In this document: positions 9,984 through 19,432 of the stretch, piece by piece | How the letters are laid out: each line of letters opens with the position of its first letter | Position numbering within the stretch: the first letter of the stretch is position 1 | Origin: Elusimicrobiota bacterium | Lineage (GTDB): Bacteria; Elusimicrobiota; Elusimicrobia; UBA1565; JACRDR01 | Length of the DNA: 64,000 bases | Assembly: GCA_041694815.1 (NCBI GenBank) | Contig: JBGFSC010000033.1 | Span: forward strand, 1 to 64,000 | Direction: 5' to 3' | Notes under the pieces: generated by a model | The model's input: only the letters and a program-made list of their open reading frames with translations | Told to the model about the DNA's origin: nothing | The model's database searches: none | Made by a program: the position numbers and the translations under genes

Positions 9984-10057
9984 TCGGGCTCCTGCTACAT
10001 ATATATACGAGTGAACCCCACCTTTTGTTCCCTTCTTCTGCAGAAATTCTGCAACAA

Positions 10058-10118
10058 AGGCCTATTGGGGTATTAGGTCTTTAGTCTCATGCGGGGGTAT
10101 GAGATCCGGGGTTACTAT
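10058..10118 (+). promoter_or_regulatory. Shared upstream motif copy 2 (AGGCCTAT...AGGTCTTTAGTCTCA, then TACTAT)
   Basis: Similar to 81-147 and 18638-18718; TACTAT 23 nt after CTCA. Confidence 0.55.
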
Positions 10119-10128
10119 AAGCCAGGTC

Positions 10129-10791
10129 ATGAAAAGGCGATTTCGTCGATATGGCCTAGCGGCTCTTTTCCTATGCCAGGGCCTGGGACTTTCCGGATTT
10201 CGCCGGCCTGAATCCAGCGTGGGAAAGCCATCGAACCCGGAACCAAAATTTCCTTTGCTTGGCGACGTCGTTGACCTGGATGCAGTCACAGAGGAGCTGT
10301 TAGGAGAGTTGGATAAGTTGCGAACTTCGACGAGTCCGTCGCCGTTAGGCGTTATGGATCCTCGTGATCTAATTGACCCGGCGTTAGGCGGGCGCTTGGC
10401 AAGGTCGATTCAATTCCGTTTGCCTGGGCCGGCCGAAGCGGAACGTCTTTTGCGGTATTATGTACGCAAGAAACGTATATCACTGGACATCGATGTTGAT
10501 TTGCGGGCGGTGGCCTCCGAGGCTCAGGGTTTATCCTCTGCTCAACTAAAACAGCTAGTCGATGAGGCAGGCTCACAGATGGCGTGTCGGTGGGCGTCTT
10601 CAGTGAATGCGGATGATTTCCGTGAAGCATTGGAGGTGTTGCAAATGGGGCCGGTCCAAGCTGAGGAAGCGAGGAGAAGAAGAAGGGAAGAAGCAATGAA
10701 TGAGCTGGCAGAGCGTTTCCGCCATCAGGCGACCGCCTTGCCTGGCGAAGGAATCGAAACCGCTGTAGAGCGATTTAGGTTGCAGTGGTAA
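10129..10791 (+). CDS. Signal-peptide protein with AAA+ SRH/lid fragment and conserved C-terminal module
   Basis: LIDPALGGRLARSIQFRLP...DVDLRAVA...GLSSAQLKQLVDEA...DDFREAL..MG resembles the C-terminal half of an FtsH-type AAA domain; ends ETAVERFRLQW. Confidence 0.78.
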   Translation: MKRRFRRYGLAALFLCQGLGLSGFRRPESSVGKPSNPEPKFPLLGDVVDLDAVTEELLGELDKLRTSTSPSPLGVMDPRDLIDPALGGRLARSIQFRLPGPAEAERLLRYYVRKKRISLDIDVDLRAVASEAQGLSSAQLKQLVDEAGSQMACRWASSVNADDFREALEVLQMGPVQAEEARRRRREEAMNELAERFRHQATALPGEGIETAVERFRLQW

Positions 10792-10838
10792 CTGTTCCTA
10801 AAGTTGAGAATGCGTGGAAAGTGGATGCCTGGCACCCA

Positions 10839-11516
10839 ATGAATCGCCTGGGGCGATCCGTTCGTCTTTTGATCTTTTTGTCGAGCGCGTTGACGCCGGC
10901 CTCCGCCATCGGGCCTCGTGGTCCGGGGACGCCGCCGCCAACGTCTTCGGATCCCGCAAAAACCCGGTTAGCGGATTTGCTAGCCAAGCTGCGAGGAACA
11001 GGAAACAAAATTTGTGCAGCAACAATATTACTCACGGGTGTAGAGGATAGAGATCGAGACGACATACTTTCTTTGTTGGATCCGATGCCGATAGTTGTAG
11101 TTCATCCCGATGGGCTCCGTGCGAACTATGTCGGAGGAGCCTCCCAGCGTCTTAATGAGGTGTTCAGCCAGGTGACGGCTAAGCACGACGGAGGAGCTTT
11201 GTATCTTGATGATTTTGATGAATTTAATAAGGACCCGGTATTAAGGTCGCAAACGATAATGGGCATAGATACGGCGGTCGCGCTGAGCAAACTAAAGGGA
11301 TTTCCGGTATTGATATTTGCGCAGACCAATTGGCCGGAGCGCCTAGACCCTGCTTTGCGTCGCCGCTTCGCGTACGTGATCAACTGGCGAGCGGACGAAC
11401 TTCTTCGTGATAAGCAGATTAAGAGGCTGCAAGAACTCCTGGCCGATCAGGCTTCGCCGGTCTCTGCTTGGGCGGATGCCGAGACTGCGGAGCGGCGCTT
11501 CAAGCTGCCTTGGTAG
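10839..11516 (+). CDS. Signal-peptide protein with degenerate AAA+ core (no Walker A) and conserved C-terminal module
   Basis: YVGGASQRLNEVF, LYLDDFD, AQTNWPERLDPALRRRF; ends ETAERRFKLPW. Confidence 0.78.
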   Translation: MNRLGRSVRLLIFLSSALTPASAIGPRGPGTPPPTSSDPAKTRLADLLAKLRGTGNKICAATILLTGVEDRDRDDILSLLDPMPIVVVHPDGLRANYVGGASQRLNEVFSQVTAKHDGGALYLDDFDEFNKDPVLRSQTIMGIDTAVALSKLKGFPVLIFAQTNWPERLDPALRRRFAYVINWRADELLRDKQIKRLQELLADQASPVSAWADAETAERRFKLPW

Positions 11517-11554
11517 TTGCTTCCCCGGGCTTATTTTGATAATATAACGTTTCC

Positions 11555-11866
11555 ATGTACGCGATCATCGAGACGGGCGGCAAGCAGTTCTGGGTCACCC
11601 CCGGCGAGGTCATCCGGGTCGAGAAACTCGAGGCCAAGGAAGGCTCGGAGCTTAAGCTCAAGGCCCTCTGGGCCGCGGGCGAGCCCGGGCAGGGCGGCGA
11701 CTCCAAGAAGCTGCCCTCCGCCGAGGTAACGGTGCAGGTCGTCAAGCAGCTGCGCGCGCCCAAGGTCATCGTCTTCAAGAAGCGAACCAAGAAGGCCTAC
11801 CAGAAGACCCAGGGCCATCGCCAGGACCTGACCGAGATACGCATCAAAGAAATTTCCCTGAATTAA
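11555..11866 (+). CDS. rplU: 50S ribosomal protein L21
   Basis: MYAIIETGGKQ...GHRQ. Confidence 0.97.
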   Translation: MYAIIETGGKQFWVTPGEVIRVEKLEAKEGSELKLKALWAAGEPGQGGDSKKLPSAEVTVQVVKQLRAPKVIVFKKRTKKAYQKTQGHRQDLTEIRIKEISLN

Positions 11867-11878
11867 CCGGATTTATTT

Positions 11879-12157
11879 ATGGCACATACAAAAGCGCAGG
11901 GCTCTTCCTCAAACGGACGCGACAGCCATGGGCAGCGCCTGGGCGTCAAGCGCTACGGCGGCCAATTCGTCCTGGCCGGCTCGGTGCTGGTCCGCCAGCG
12001 TGGCACCAAGTTCCTTCCGGGGCTCAACGTGGGCCGCGGCAAGGACGACACCCTCTTCGCCAAAGCCTCGGGTGTGGTGACATTCCAGTGGGCCAAGAAG
12101 GACAAGAAGCGCCTGAGCGTCATCCCTTCCGGCAACGGCGCCGCGAACGGCCAGTAA
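11879..12157 (+). CDS. rpmA: 50S ribosomal protein L27
   Basis: [22 protein letters not shown]. Confidence 0.97.
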   Translation: MAHTKAQGSSSNGRDSHGQRLGVKRYGGQFVLAGSVLVRQRGTKFLPGLNVGRGKDDTLFAKASGVVTFQWAKKDKKRLSVIPSGNGAANGQ

Positions 12158-12184
12158 GACTCCGTTTTCCTCGAGGACCGGCGA

Positions 12185-13501
12185 GTGACAAACTTCGTCG
12201 ATAAAGTCCGCATTTTTGCCAAGGGCGGGCAGGGGGGAGACGGCTGCCTTTCCTTCCGTCGGGAGAAATACGTAGAATTCGGTGGACCCGACGGCGGAGA
12301 CGGCGGGCGGGGCGGCGACGTCTACCTCGTCGCCGACCGTAATCTTGGCACCCTGCTGGATTTTACCCGTCGGCCCCATCTCGAGGCTTTATCCGGAGAA
12401 AACGGCAAGGGCGCCAATAAGACGGGGCGGGGGGCAGACGATCTTATCGTCTCGGTCCCGATCGGGACGATGGTCTACAAAAGGGACCAATTGCTCGCGG
12501 ATCTAGTCGAAGAGGGCCAGAGGGTGCTCGTCGCCAAGGGCGGCCGCGGCGGCCGAGGTAACCTGTCATTCAAGAGCCAGCGCAACACCGCTCCCCGCAT
12601 CGCCGAGAAGGGCGAGCCCGGCGAGCAGGCCGTCGTCGACCTGGAGCTCAAGCTCATCGCCGACGTGGGCCTGACCGGGCTGCCCAACGCGGGCAAGTCG
12701 ACGCTGCTGGCCAGGCTCAGCCGCGCGCGCCCCAAGATCGCGGATTACCCGTTCACCACCCTGGCGCCGCATTTAGGCGTCGTCGAGCATAAGCGCTCGA
12801 GCTTCATCATGGCCGACATCCCGGGGCTCATCGAGGGGGCGCATCGCGGCAAGGGCTTGGGTGACGCCTTCCTGCGCCATATCGAGCGCACGCGCCTGCT
12901 GGTTCACTTGGTCGATCCGTTGGGCTACGGCGGCAAAAGCGCCGAGGATGGGGTGCGCGTCATCGAGGCGGAGCTTAAGTCTTTTTCCGCGAGGCTGGCG
13001 AAGAAGCCGCGCGTTCTGGTGGTCAACAAGATGGATCTGCCCGAGGGCCCCGTCGTGCTGCGCCGATTGCGCGGCCGCTACAGAACCCGTCCCGTCTTCG
13101 GCATCTCCTGCGCCTCGGGGCAGGGGGTCTCCGAGCTCGCCGACCGGCTCGCCGAGGAGCTCGCCCGCCTGCCTCGGGAGGGCGAGGGGGCGGCCCGGCC
13201 GGCCGGGCCCGAGAAGCTCCTGGTTAGCCCCGGCTTCGAGATCCGGCGGAGGCAGGGGGGCTTCGAGGTCTCGGGAGCCTACGTCGAGCGGATCGTGCGC
13301 ATGGCCGACCTGTCGCTGCCCGAATCGGTCGCGCGGCTGCAGCTGGCCCTGCGGAAGGTCGGGGTCGACCGTGCGCTTCGTAAGGCCGGCATCCAGAACG
13401 GCGACGTCGTTCGCGTGGCGGGGCACGAATTCGAGTGGTCGGACGCCCCCTTCGCCCCACCGCCCCGCATCCCCCGTACCCGGCGCACCCGCATCCAATG
13501 A
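12185..13501 (+). CDS. obgE: GTPase Obg/CgtA
   Basis: Gly-rich Obg fold, [21 protein letters not shown]; rplU-rpmA-obg synteny. Confidence 0.97.
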   Translation: MTNFVDKVRIFAKGGQGGDGCLSFRREKYVEFGGPDGGDGGRGGDVYLVADRNLGTLLDFTRRPHLEALSGENGKGANKTGRGADDLIVSVPIGTMVYKRDQLLADLVEEGQRVLVAKGGRGGRGNLSFKSQRNTAPRIAEKGEPGEQAVVDLELKLIADVGLTGLPNAGKSTLLARLSRARPKIADYPFTTLAPHLGVVEHKRSSFIMADIPGLIEGAHRGKGLGDAFLRHIERTRLLVHLVDPLGYGGKSAEDGVRVIEAELKSFSARLAKKPRVLVVNKMDLPEGPVVLRRLRGRYRTRPVFGISCASGQGVSELADRLAEELARLPREGEGAARPAGPEKLLVSPGFEIRRRQGGFEVSGAYVERIVRMADLSLPESVARLQLALRKVGVDRALRKAGIQNGDVVRVAGHEFEWSDAPFAPPPRIPRTRRTRIQ

Positions 13502-14379
13502 ACACGCTGCGGGAGTACGAGGCGCGGATACAGGACGTGGGAGGCATCGACGGCGCCGTCTTGTTCTGCGAGCGCCTGGCCTCCCGCCACTACGAGAATT
13601 TCCCCGTCGCCTCCAGGCTGCTGCCGCGGCACACCCGGCGCCACGTGGCCGTGCTCTACGCCTTCGCGCGCATCGCCGACGATTTCTCCGACGAGGCCGA
13701 GTACGAGGGCGTGCGCCGCCAGCGCCTGGAGGACTGGCGCAGGCAGCTGTGGGCTATCGGCAAGGAGCCGCCCCGGCATCCGGTGTTCCTGGCCATGGAG
13801 GAGAGCCTCCGGCAGCTCGACCTGCCCCGCGAGCCCTTCGACGACCTGCTGAGCGCGTTCCTGCAGGATGTCGACAAGCGCCGCTACGCCAGCTTCGATG
13901 AGGTGGCCGATTATTGCCGGCGCTCCGCTAATCCCGTGGGCCGGATCGTGCTCATGATACACGGCTACCGCGATCCGGAGCTCTTCAAGCTCTCCGACGC
14001 CATCTGCACCGGGCTGCAGCTCGCCAATTTCTGGCAGGACGTGTCCGTCGATCTGAAAAAGGACCGCATCTACATCCCGGAGGAGGATTTCCGCCACTTC
14101 GGCTACGGCGAGGCGGACCTTCGCATGGGAGTCGTCAACGAGCGCTTCCGCAACCTCATGAAGCACCAGTGGAAGCGCACCCGGGCCCTCTTCGAGACCG
14201 GCCGGCACCTGTGGCCGAGGCTCCGGTTCCCGCTCTCCTGGGAGATCAAGCTGACCTGGCTGGGGGGAAACCAGGTGCTTCATAAGATACGCCGCGCCGG
14301 TTTCGACACGCTGCACCAGCGCCCAGCCCTGACGAAATGGGATTGGATGAAGCTGCTGTTGTTCGGGTGGGCGGCGTGA
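13498..14379 (+). CDS. hpnC: Squalene synthase HpnC
   Basis: HYENFPVAS, YAFARIADD, YCRRSANPVGR, LQLANFWQD. Confidence 0.93.
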   Translation: MNTLREYEARIQDVGGIDGAVLFCERLASRHYENFPVASRLLPRHTRRHVAVLYAFARIADDFSDEAEYEGVRRQRLEDWRRQLWAIGKEPPRHPVFLAMEESLRQLDLPREPFDDLLSAFLQDVDKRRYASFDEVADYCRRSANPVGRIVLMIHGYRDPELFKLSDAICTGLQLANFWQDVSVDLKKDRIYIPEEDFRHFGYGEADLRMGVVNERFRNLMKHQWKRTRALFETGRHLWPRLRFPLSWEIKLTWLGGNQVLHKIRRAGFDTLHQRPALTKWDWMKLLLFGWAA

Positions 14380-15224
14380 CGGGCGGGGAGGCGGCGGCCC
14401 GGCGCTCGAGCTTCTACGTGGGGTTCCTGTTTTTGCCCTCCGAGAAGCGCCGCGCGCTCACCGAGGTCTACGGCTTCTGCCGGATGATCGACGACATCGT
14501 CGATTCGGGAGAGCTCACCCGTGTTGAAGCCGAGAAGAGGCTTGAGTTCTGGCGCGAGGAGATCGCGCGGCTCTACGAGGGCAGGCCGGGCCATCCCGTG
14601 TCCCAGGCGCTCGCCTACCCCGTCGAGCGCTTCGCCCTGCCGCGGCAGGCCTTCCTGGACCTCATCGGCGGCTGCGCGATGGACTTGGAGCGCCGCCGCT
14701 ACGAGGATTTCAAGGAGCTGGAGGCCTATCTCTACGGCGTCGCCGTCACGGTGGGGCTTCTCTGCGTCGAGATTTTCGGCTACCGTCACAGCGACGCGGC
14801 GCGCGTTCGGGAATACGCGACGCACCTGGGCTACGCCTTCCAGCTCACCAATATCCTGCGCGACGTGGGCGCCGATCTCGAGATGGGGCGGATCTACCTG
14901 CCCCTCTCGGAAATGCGCGCGGCAGGCTACTGCGTCGAGGAGCTCCATAGCCGCCAGCATAACAAGGCCTTCGTGGCGCTCATGGAGGCGCAGTATGCGC
15001 GCGCCAAGGGCTATTACGCCCGCGCGCGGACCCTGCTGGACCCGCGCGATCGCGCGGGGATGCTCGCCGCCGAGCTCATGGCCCGTCATTATGAAGGGGT
15101 GCTCGACGAGATACGCCGGCGGCAGTACAGGGTCTTCTTCGAGCGGATCGGCTTGAGCCCCTGGCAGAAGCTGCGTTTGGCCGCGGCCGGCTGCGCCTAC
15201 AGCTATGGGCTTGTGACACCATAA
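14376..15224 (+). CDS. hpnD: Presqualene diphosphate synthase HpnD
   Basis: SSFY..F.FL, DDIVD, FQLTNILRDVGAD; last codons supplied by the MITE. Confidence 0.9.
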   Translation: MTGGEAAARRSSFYVGFLFLPSEKRRALTEVYGFCRMIDDIVDSGELTRVEAEKRLEFWREEIARLYEGRPGHPVSQALAYPVERFALPRQAFLDLIGGCAMDLERRRYEDFKELEAYLYGVAVTVGLLCVEIFGYRHSDAARVREYATHLGYAFQLTNILRDVGADLEMGRIYLPLSEMRAAGYCVEELHSRQHNKAFVALMEAQYARAKGYYARARTLLDPRDRAGMLAAELMARHYEGVLDEIRRRQYRVFFERIGLSPWQKLRLAAAGCAYSYGLVTP

Positions 15225-15476
15225 TATGGACGATCTGGAGGCCCGAGCTTGAGACGATTTCGAGGCGCGACGAGGGAGCATAGCCGTAGGCTATGTGACC
15301 GAGGAGCAACGATGAAATCGGCCAAGCTCGGGCCTCCCCGCAGGGGCCGGGCGATTTTGGGCTGCGCCAGCGTCGCTCGTCGCTCACATACCGCTGCGGG
15401 TATGCTCGCTCCTCGCTCCTTGGCTCGCTCCAAAATCGCCTCGGCCAGATCGTCCATATTATGGTGTCACAAGCCC
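15207..15476. mobile_element. 270-bp non-autonomous element (MITE family B)
   Basis: Perfect 32-bp terminal inverted repeats (15207-15238, 15445-15476), TAT on both flanks, two internal hairpins, no transposase. Confidence 0.88.
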
Positions 15477-15477
15477 T

Positions 15478-16827
15478 ATGGCCTTCTCTGACGTCGTCGT
15501 CCTGGGCGGCGGCTTCGCCGGCCTCGCCTGCGCGAGCGCGCTGGCCGAGCGCGGCGCGCGCGTGACCTTGCTCGAGAAGAAGCCCCATCTGGGCGGGCGC
15601 GCCTATTCCTTCAGGGAGCCCGGGACAGGCGCCGTCATCGACAACGGACAGCATCTGTTCATGGGCTGCTACGGCGAGACGAAGGCCTTCCTGGGCCGCG
15701 TCGGCTCGGCTTCCTTGTTGCGTTTCTCCCGGGGGACTCGCGTCGACTACCGCGACGGCATGGGCCGGCGCGACGCGCTGTCGTGCCCCGCGGCGCTGCC
15801 GGCGCCCTGGCATCTGGCCTTCGGCGTGCTCGGGCTCGCGGGGCTGTCCTTGCTCGACAAATGGAATCTCCGGAAGCTCAAGACCTTCTTCGATGAGGGC
15901 GGCAGGGACCGCTCCGCCGAGCTCGATGCCATGACGGCGCGGCAATGGTTGAGTTCCGTCGGCCAGTCGCCGCGGGCCCAAGAGAGGCTCTTTGACCCCA
16001 TCGCCATCGGAGCCTTGAACGAGTCGCCGGAGCGCGCCTCGGCGCTGGGCCTGGCCCAGGTGCTCGAGCGCCTCTTCTTCCGCGACGCCGAGGATTCCCG
16101 GCTCGGCCTCGCGTCCGTTGGCCTAAGCGAGCTCTATACCGAGCAGGCGCGGCGATTCATCGAGTCCCGCGGCGGCCGCGTCGTGCTCGGCAAGAAGGCC
16201 GCCGCCTTGGAAAGCGAGGGCGGCAGGATTTCCGCGGTGAGAACCTTATCCGGAGAGCGCATCGCGGCCGATGCGTTCGTCTCGACCCTGCCGCCGTGGG
16301 CATTGGACAAGCTCGAGCGGCCCCTTGAGCTTCACGGGGAGTGGTCGGGACTTAAGCCCTCGCCGATCATCGGCATTAATCTGTGGCTTGATCGGGCCGT
16401 GCTGGAGGAGCCCTTGATCGGGCTCCTGGGAACCTCGATCCATTGGATTTTCAACAAGAACGCGCTCTGGGGGCTCCGCACGCAAGAGCAATATCTGTCG
16501 CTGGTCATCAGCGGAGCCCATGATTTCCTCGGCGCCCCGCCCGCCTCCTTGCTGGAATTGGCCAAGCGGGATCTGGAGCGCTGCTTGCCCGATTTTAAAA
16601 AAGCTAACATAAGCCGATGGTACGTGGTCAAGGAGCCCTTCGCGACGCTGTCTCCGGTTTGCGGCTCCGACCGGCTGCGGCCGCGCCACGAGTCGCCGCT
16701 GCCGAACTTTTTTTACGGCGGGGATTGGACGCAGACCGGGCTTCCGGCGACCATCGAGAGCGCGGTGCAAAGCGGCCACGCCTGCGCGCGGCTGATAGGG
16801 AGGGGAGTCCATGATCAAGTCCGATAA
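15478..16827 (+). CDS. hpnE: Hydroxysqualene dehydroxylase HpnE
   Basis: GGGFAGL FAD motif, [27 protein letters not shown]. Confidence 0.93.
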   Translation: MAFSDVVVLGGGFAGLACASALAERGARVTLLEKKPHLGGRAYSFREPGTGAVIDNGQHLFMGCYGETKAFLGRVGSASLLRFSRGTRVDYRDGMGRRDALSCPAALPAPWHLAFGVLGLAGLSLLDKWNLRKLKTFFDEGGRDRSAELDAMTARQWLSSVGQSPRAQERLFDPIAIGALNESPERASALGLAQVLERLFFRDAEDSRLGLASVGLSELYTEQARRFIESRGGRVVLGKKAAALESEGGRISAVRTLSGERIAADAFVSTLPPWALDKLERPLELHGEWSGLKPSPIIGINLWLDRAVLEEPLIGLLGTSIHWIFNKNALWGLRTQEQYLSLVISGAHDFLGAPPASLLELAKRDLERCLPDFKKANISRWYVVKEPFATLSPVCGSDRLRPRHESPLPNFFYGGDWTQTGLPATIESAVQSGHACARLIGRGVHDQVR

Positions 16828-17380
16828 GTGGATACGGAAAATGTCGCTGCAGCATAAGATGATCGACCCCTTCGTTGAAAAGCTGCAGGCCAACGGCCAG
16901 ATTTCCTACGGGCTCTCCTCGTATGGCTACGATATCCGCGTCACCGACCAATTCAAGATCTTCACCAACGTGCTGGGGGCCGTCGTCGACCCCAAGAATT
17001 TCGACGAGAAGTCCTTCGTTGATTTCAGAGGCCCTTTCTGCATGGTCCCGCCCAACTCCTTCGCACTCGCCCACTCCTTCGAATATTTCCGCATCCCGCG
17101 CAACGTGCTAGGGATATGCATTGGCAAGAGCACCTACGCCCGGTGCGGCATCGTCGTCAACATTACCCCGTTGGAGGCCGAGTGGGAGGGGCACCTGACG
17201 ATCGAGATATCCAACACGACGCCCCTGCCGGCCAAGATCTATTCGAATGAAGGGATCGCGCAACTCATCTTCCTGGAGTCCGACGAGGTCTGCGAGACCT
17301 CGTATAAAGACCGCAAGGGCAAGTACCAGGCCCAGCAAGGCATCACCCTGCCGCGCATCCTGAGCGCTTCGGCGTCGTAA
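16811..17380 (+). CDS. dcd: dCTP deaminase
   Basis: [26 protein letters not shown]. Confidence 0.96.
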   Translation: MIKSDKWIRKMSLQHKMIDPFVEKLQANGQISYGLSSYGYDIRVTDQFKIFTNVLGAVVDPKNFDEKSFVDFRGPFCMVPPNSFALAHSFEYFRIPRNVLGICIGKSTYARCGIVVNITPLEAEWEGHLTIEISNTTPLPAKIYSNEGIAQLIFLESDEVCETSYKDRKGKYQAQQGITLPRILSASAS

Positions 17381-17704
17381 AAAGCGGTAACTTTCGCCTG
17401 CAAACGCGGCTTCGGCCTGTTCCCCAGCGCCGCTACTTGAGGCGTACCTTTTAGTAGCCGCGTTCGTCGCTCTTTGATTCGTCTCGAAATCCGTATTTTT
17501 GCGTTCGAACCGTGTTTTTGAACGGCTTCTAGAAAAATATCCACCTTATTGCAAAAACCATTTATAACAATTGCGTTTTTTGCGCCAACTCCGTCTGAAA
17601 AGAGTTGGAGCGAAAAGACTTTATAGAACATGCGCTTTTTTACCCAATGTGGATATTTTTCGAGTCGGGACGGAACTTATTCGTGGCTCGATCGTATATA
17701 TAGT

Positions 17705-18574
17705 ATGGCGATGATCGAGTTAGACGGCGAGCGATTGCTCGCCGAATGCGACACGAAGAAAGATGCCGAACTGTTTGCCAGGCTGGAGCGCTTTCGAGGA
17801 GAAGAGTCCGAGTCGCTCGCGCAGACATTGGCATGTTTGGCGACGTTGGATAGACGCAAGGCGGCTGATGAGCTTGCGGACGGTTCTCTGTTTCTCTATT
17901 GCACTCGGAAACTCGGTTATTCCGAGGCAGAAGCCTATATGAGAATCCGGGTGGCGCGAGCCGCCAACGACTTTCCGCGGATTCTAACGATGATCGGTCG
18001 CGGGCAGATCCATGTCAGCGCGGTCGCCCGGATAGCGCCTTATCTGGATTCCGAAAATTATAGGAGCCTGCTGGGCAAGGCCAGTCGGCGAAGCCGCGAG
18101 GAACTCGATCGGCTGATTGCGGAATTAGAGCCGCAGATAGAGAGGCGACCGGTCATTCGCTCTCTATCCGTGGGGAATAATGCTCGCGCTCCGATTGTCA
18201 CAGCGGAATCGCTCTTCGAACCGCCTTCGCCGCAGCTTCACTCTTCTTTCTCGCAGTCGGCATCGGGAAGGGAAAATAAAATCGAGATGAAGATCGAGCC
18301 CTGGCTGCCGACGGCCGTGCCTGATAACGCCGGCGCGTGTTCCGTTCGCCCGCCTGCCGGCCGGGTTTTATTTAGCTTCGTCGGCAGCGAGGCCTTTCGG
18401 GCTAAATACAAGCGGGCGAAGGAAATATTGCTTCATAAATATCCCGATGGAAGTCCAGAGAAGATATTCGATGACGCGTTGGAAGCGCTGTTGGACAAAA
18501 AAGATCCTTGGCGCCGATTGGCGAGGAAAGAAAGGCGCCGGGCGATGGCAGGCTCTGAGGTGGATTCTTCATAG
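17705..18574 (+). CDS. DUF222-like protein of the kind usually fused to an HNH nuclease; no HNH seen
   Basis: SLFLYCTRKLGYSEAEAYMRIRVARAANDFPRIL pattern; lower-GC surroundings. Confidence 0.6.
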   Translation: MAMIELDGERLLAECDTKKDAELFARLERFRGEESESLAQTLACLATLDRRKAADELADGSLFLYCTRKLGYSEAEAYMRIRVARAANDFPRILTMIGRGQIHVSAVARIAPYLDSENYRSLLGKASRRSREELDRLIAELEPQIERRPVIRSLSVGNNARAPIVTAESLFEPPSPQLHSSFSQSASGRENKIEMKIEPWLPTAVPDNAGACSVRPPAGRVLFSFVGSEAFRAKYKRAKEILLHKYPDGSPEKIFDDALEALLDKKDPWRRLARKERRRAMAGSEVDSS

Positions 18575-18637
18575 CTCTGGTGCATGGGCCCGCTTCCAAA
18601 TACGATAAACGCTTGCGCAGTGACATCATAGGACCTT

Positions 18638-18718
18638 AGGCCTATTTCCAGGAGTCCTAAAAAACCACGTATTAAGGCCCTAAAGGCTCAGGCGGCTTAG
18701 CCGTTTGGCGCGTACACT
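18638..18718 (+). promoter_or_regulatory. Shared upstream motif copy 3 (AGGCCTAT...AAGGCCCTAAAGGCTCA, then TACACT)
   Basis: TACACT 22 nt after CTCA and 6 nt before the ATG at 18725. Confidence 0.6.
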
Positions 18719-18724
18719 TTACCA

Positions 18725-19432
18725 ATGCGTTTGCCGTGGATTCTCTGCTGTTTGCTCGCCGTCGCACCGTCTCTGGCGGCCGAAACCGTCGAGTCGATCA
18801 AGGCCGGCTCCGGCGTTGACTTCGGAGAAGGAGCGACGGCGGTTGGCCTGACGGGAAATCCCTCGAATTCCTCTTTCGGGTCTCAATTCGCCGCCCTATT
18901 TAAGCTCGGCCAAGCCAGGAGGCAGACGCCTGGAGTTAGGCGCAGGGGGCCGATCATCGTCAAGGAGCCGGCGCCTCCGCCGTTTCCGAAAAATCACGAT
19001 TATTGCTGGCCAAGCGCCTTGGACCGCGCGGCGGGTTTCGTGATCGGAGTTGTTTTTCCGACGGTGCTTCTAACCGCCTTGAGTTTTGCCTCGGGCATCG
19101 GCTTGGGGACCGGCTTAGAGAGTGCTACCAGCATGGCCGGCTTCCTATTGCCCCGACTCGCGGGAGTCCTCTACGGGGTCACTACGGTGATGGCATGGGC
19201 TCATATAGTGAATTGGATGCTCCGTCAGACATGGATTCAATGGCCGAAAGGCCGCGCGAAACCGGTGGATCCCATGGCGATCGTAATGGCGTTCGCCCTA
19301 GGATTCTTTTCTCCTCCGCTGGCCGGATTGATCATCGGCTGGAGTATGGGCCGGCATTGGGCGGCGTTCCTATCCCAGAGACTGGGCTGCGCGGTTGAGA
19401 AACTTCTCTATCGAATATGGTATCGCCTATGA
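18725..19432 (+). CDS. Membrane protein, paralog family member 1
   Basis: Signal peptide, ESIKAGSGVDFGE, PIIVKEP..NH..C, several TM segments. Confidence 0.75.
   Translation: MRLPWILCCLLAVAPSLAAETVESIKAGSGVDFGEGATAVGLTGNPSNSSFGSQFAALFKLGQARRQTPGVRRRGPIIVKEPAPPPFPKNHDYCWPSALDRAAGFVIGVVFPTVLLTALSFASGIGLGTGLESATSMAGFLLPRLAGVLYGVTTVMAWAHIVNWMLRQTWIQWPKGRAKPVDPMAIVMAFALGFFSPPLAGLIIGWSMGRHWAAFLSQRLGCAVEKLLYRIWYRL

Noticed and set aside
15203..15491. Small ORFs between hpnD and hpnE
   Set aside because: They lie within the MITE and have no transposase features
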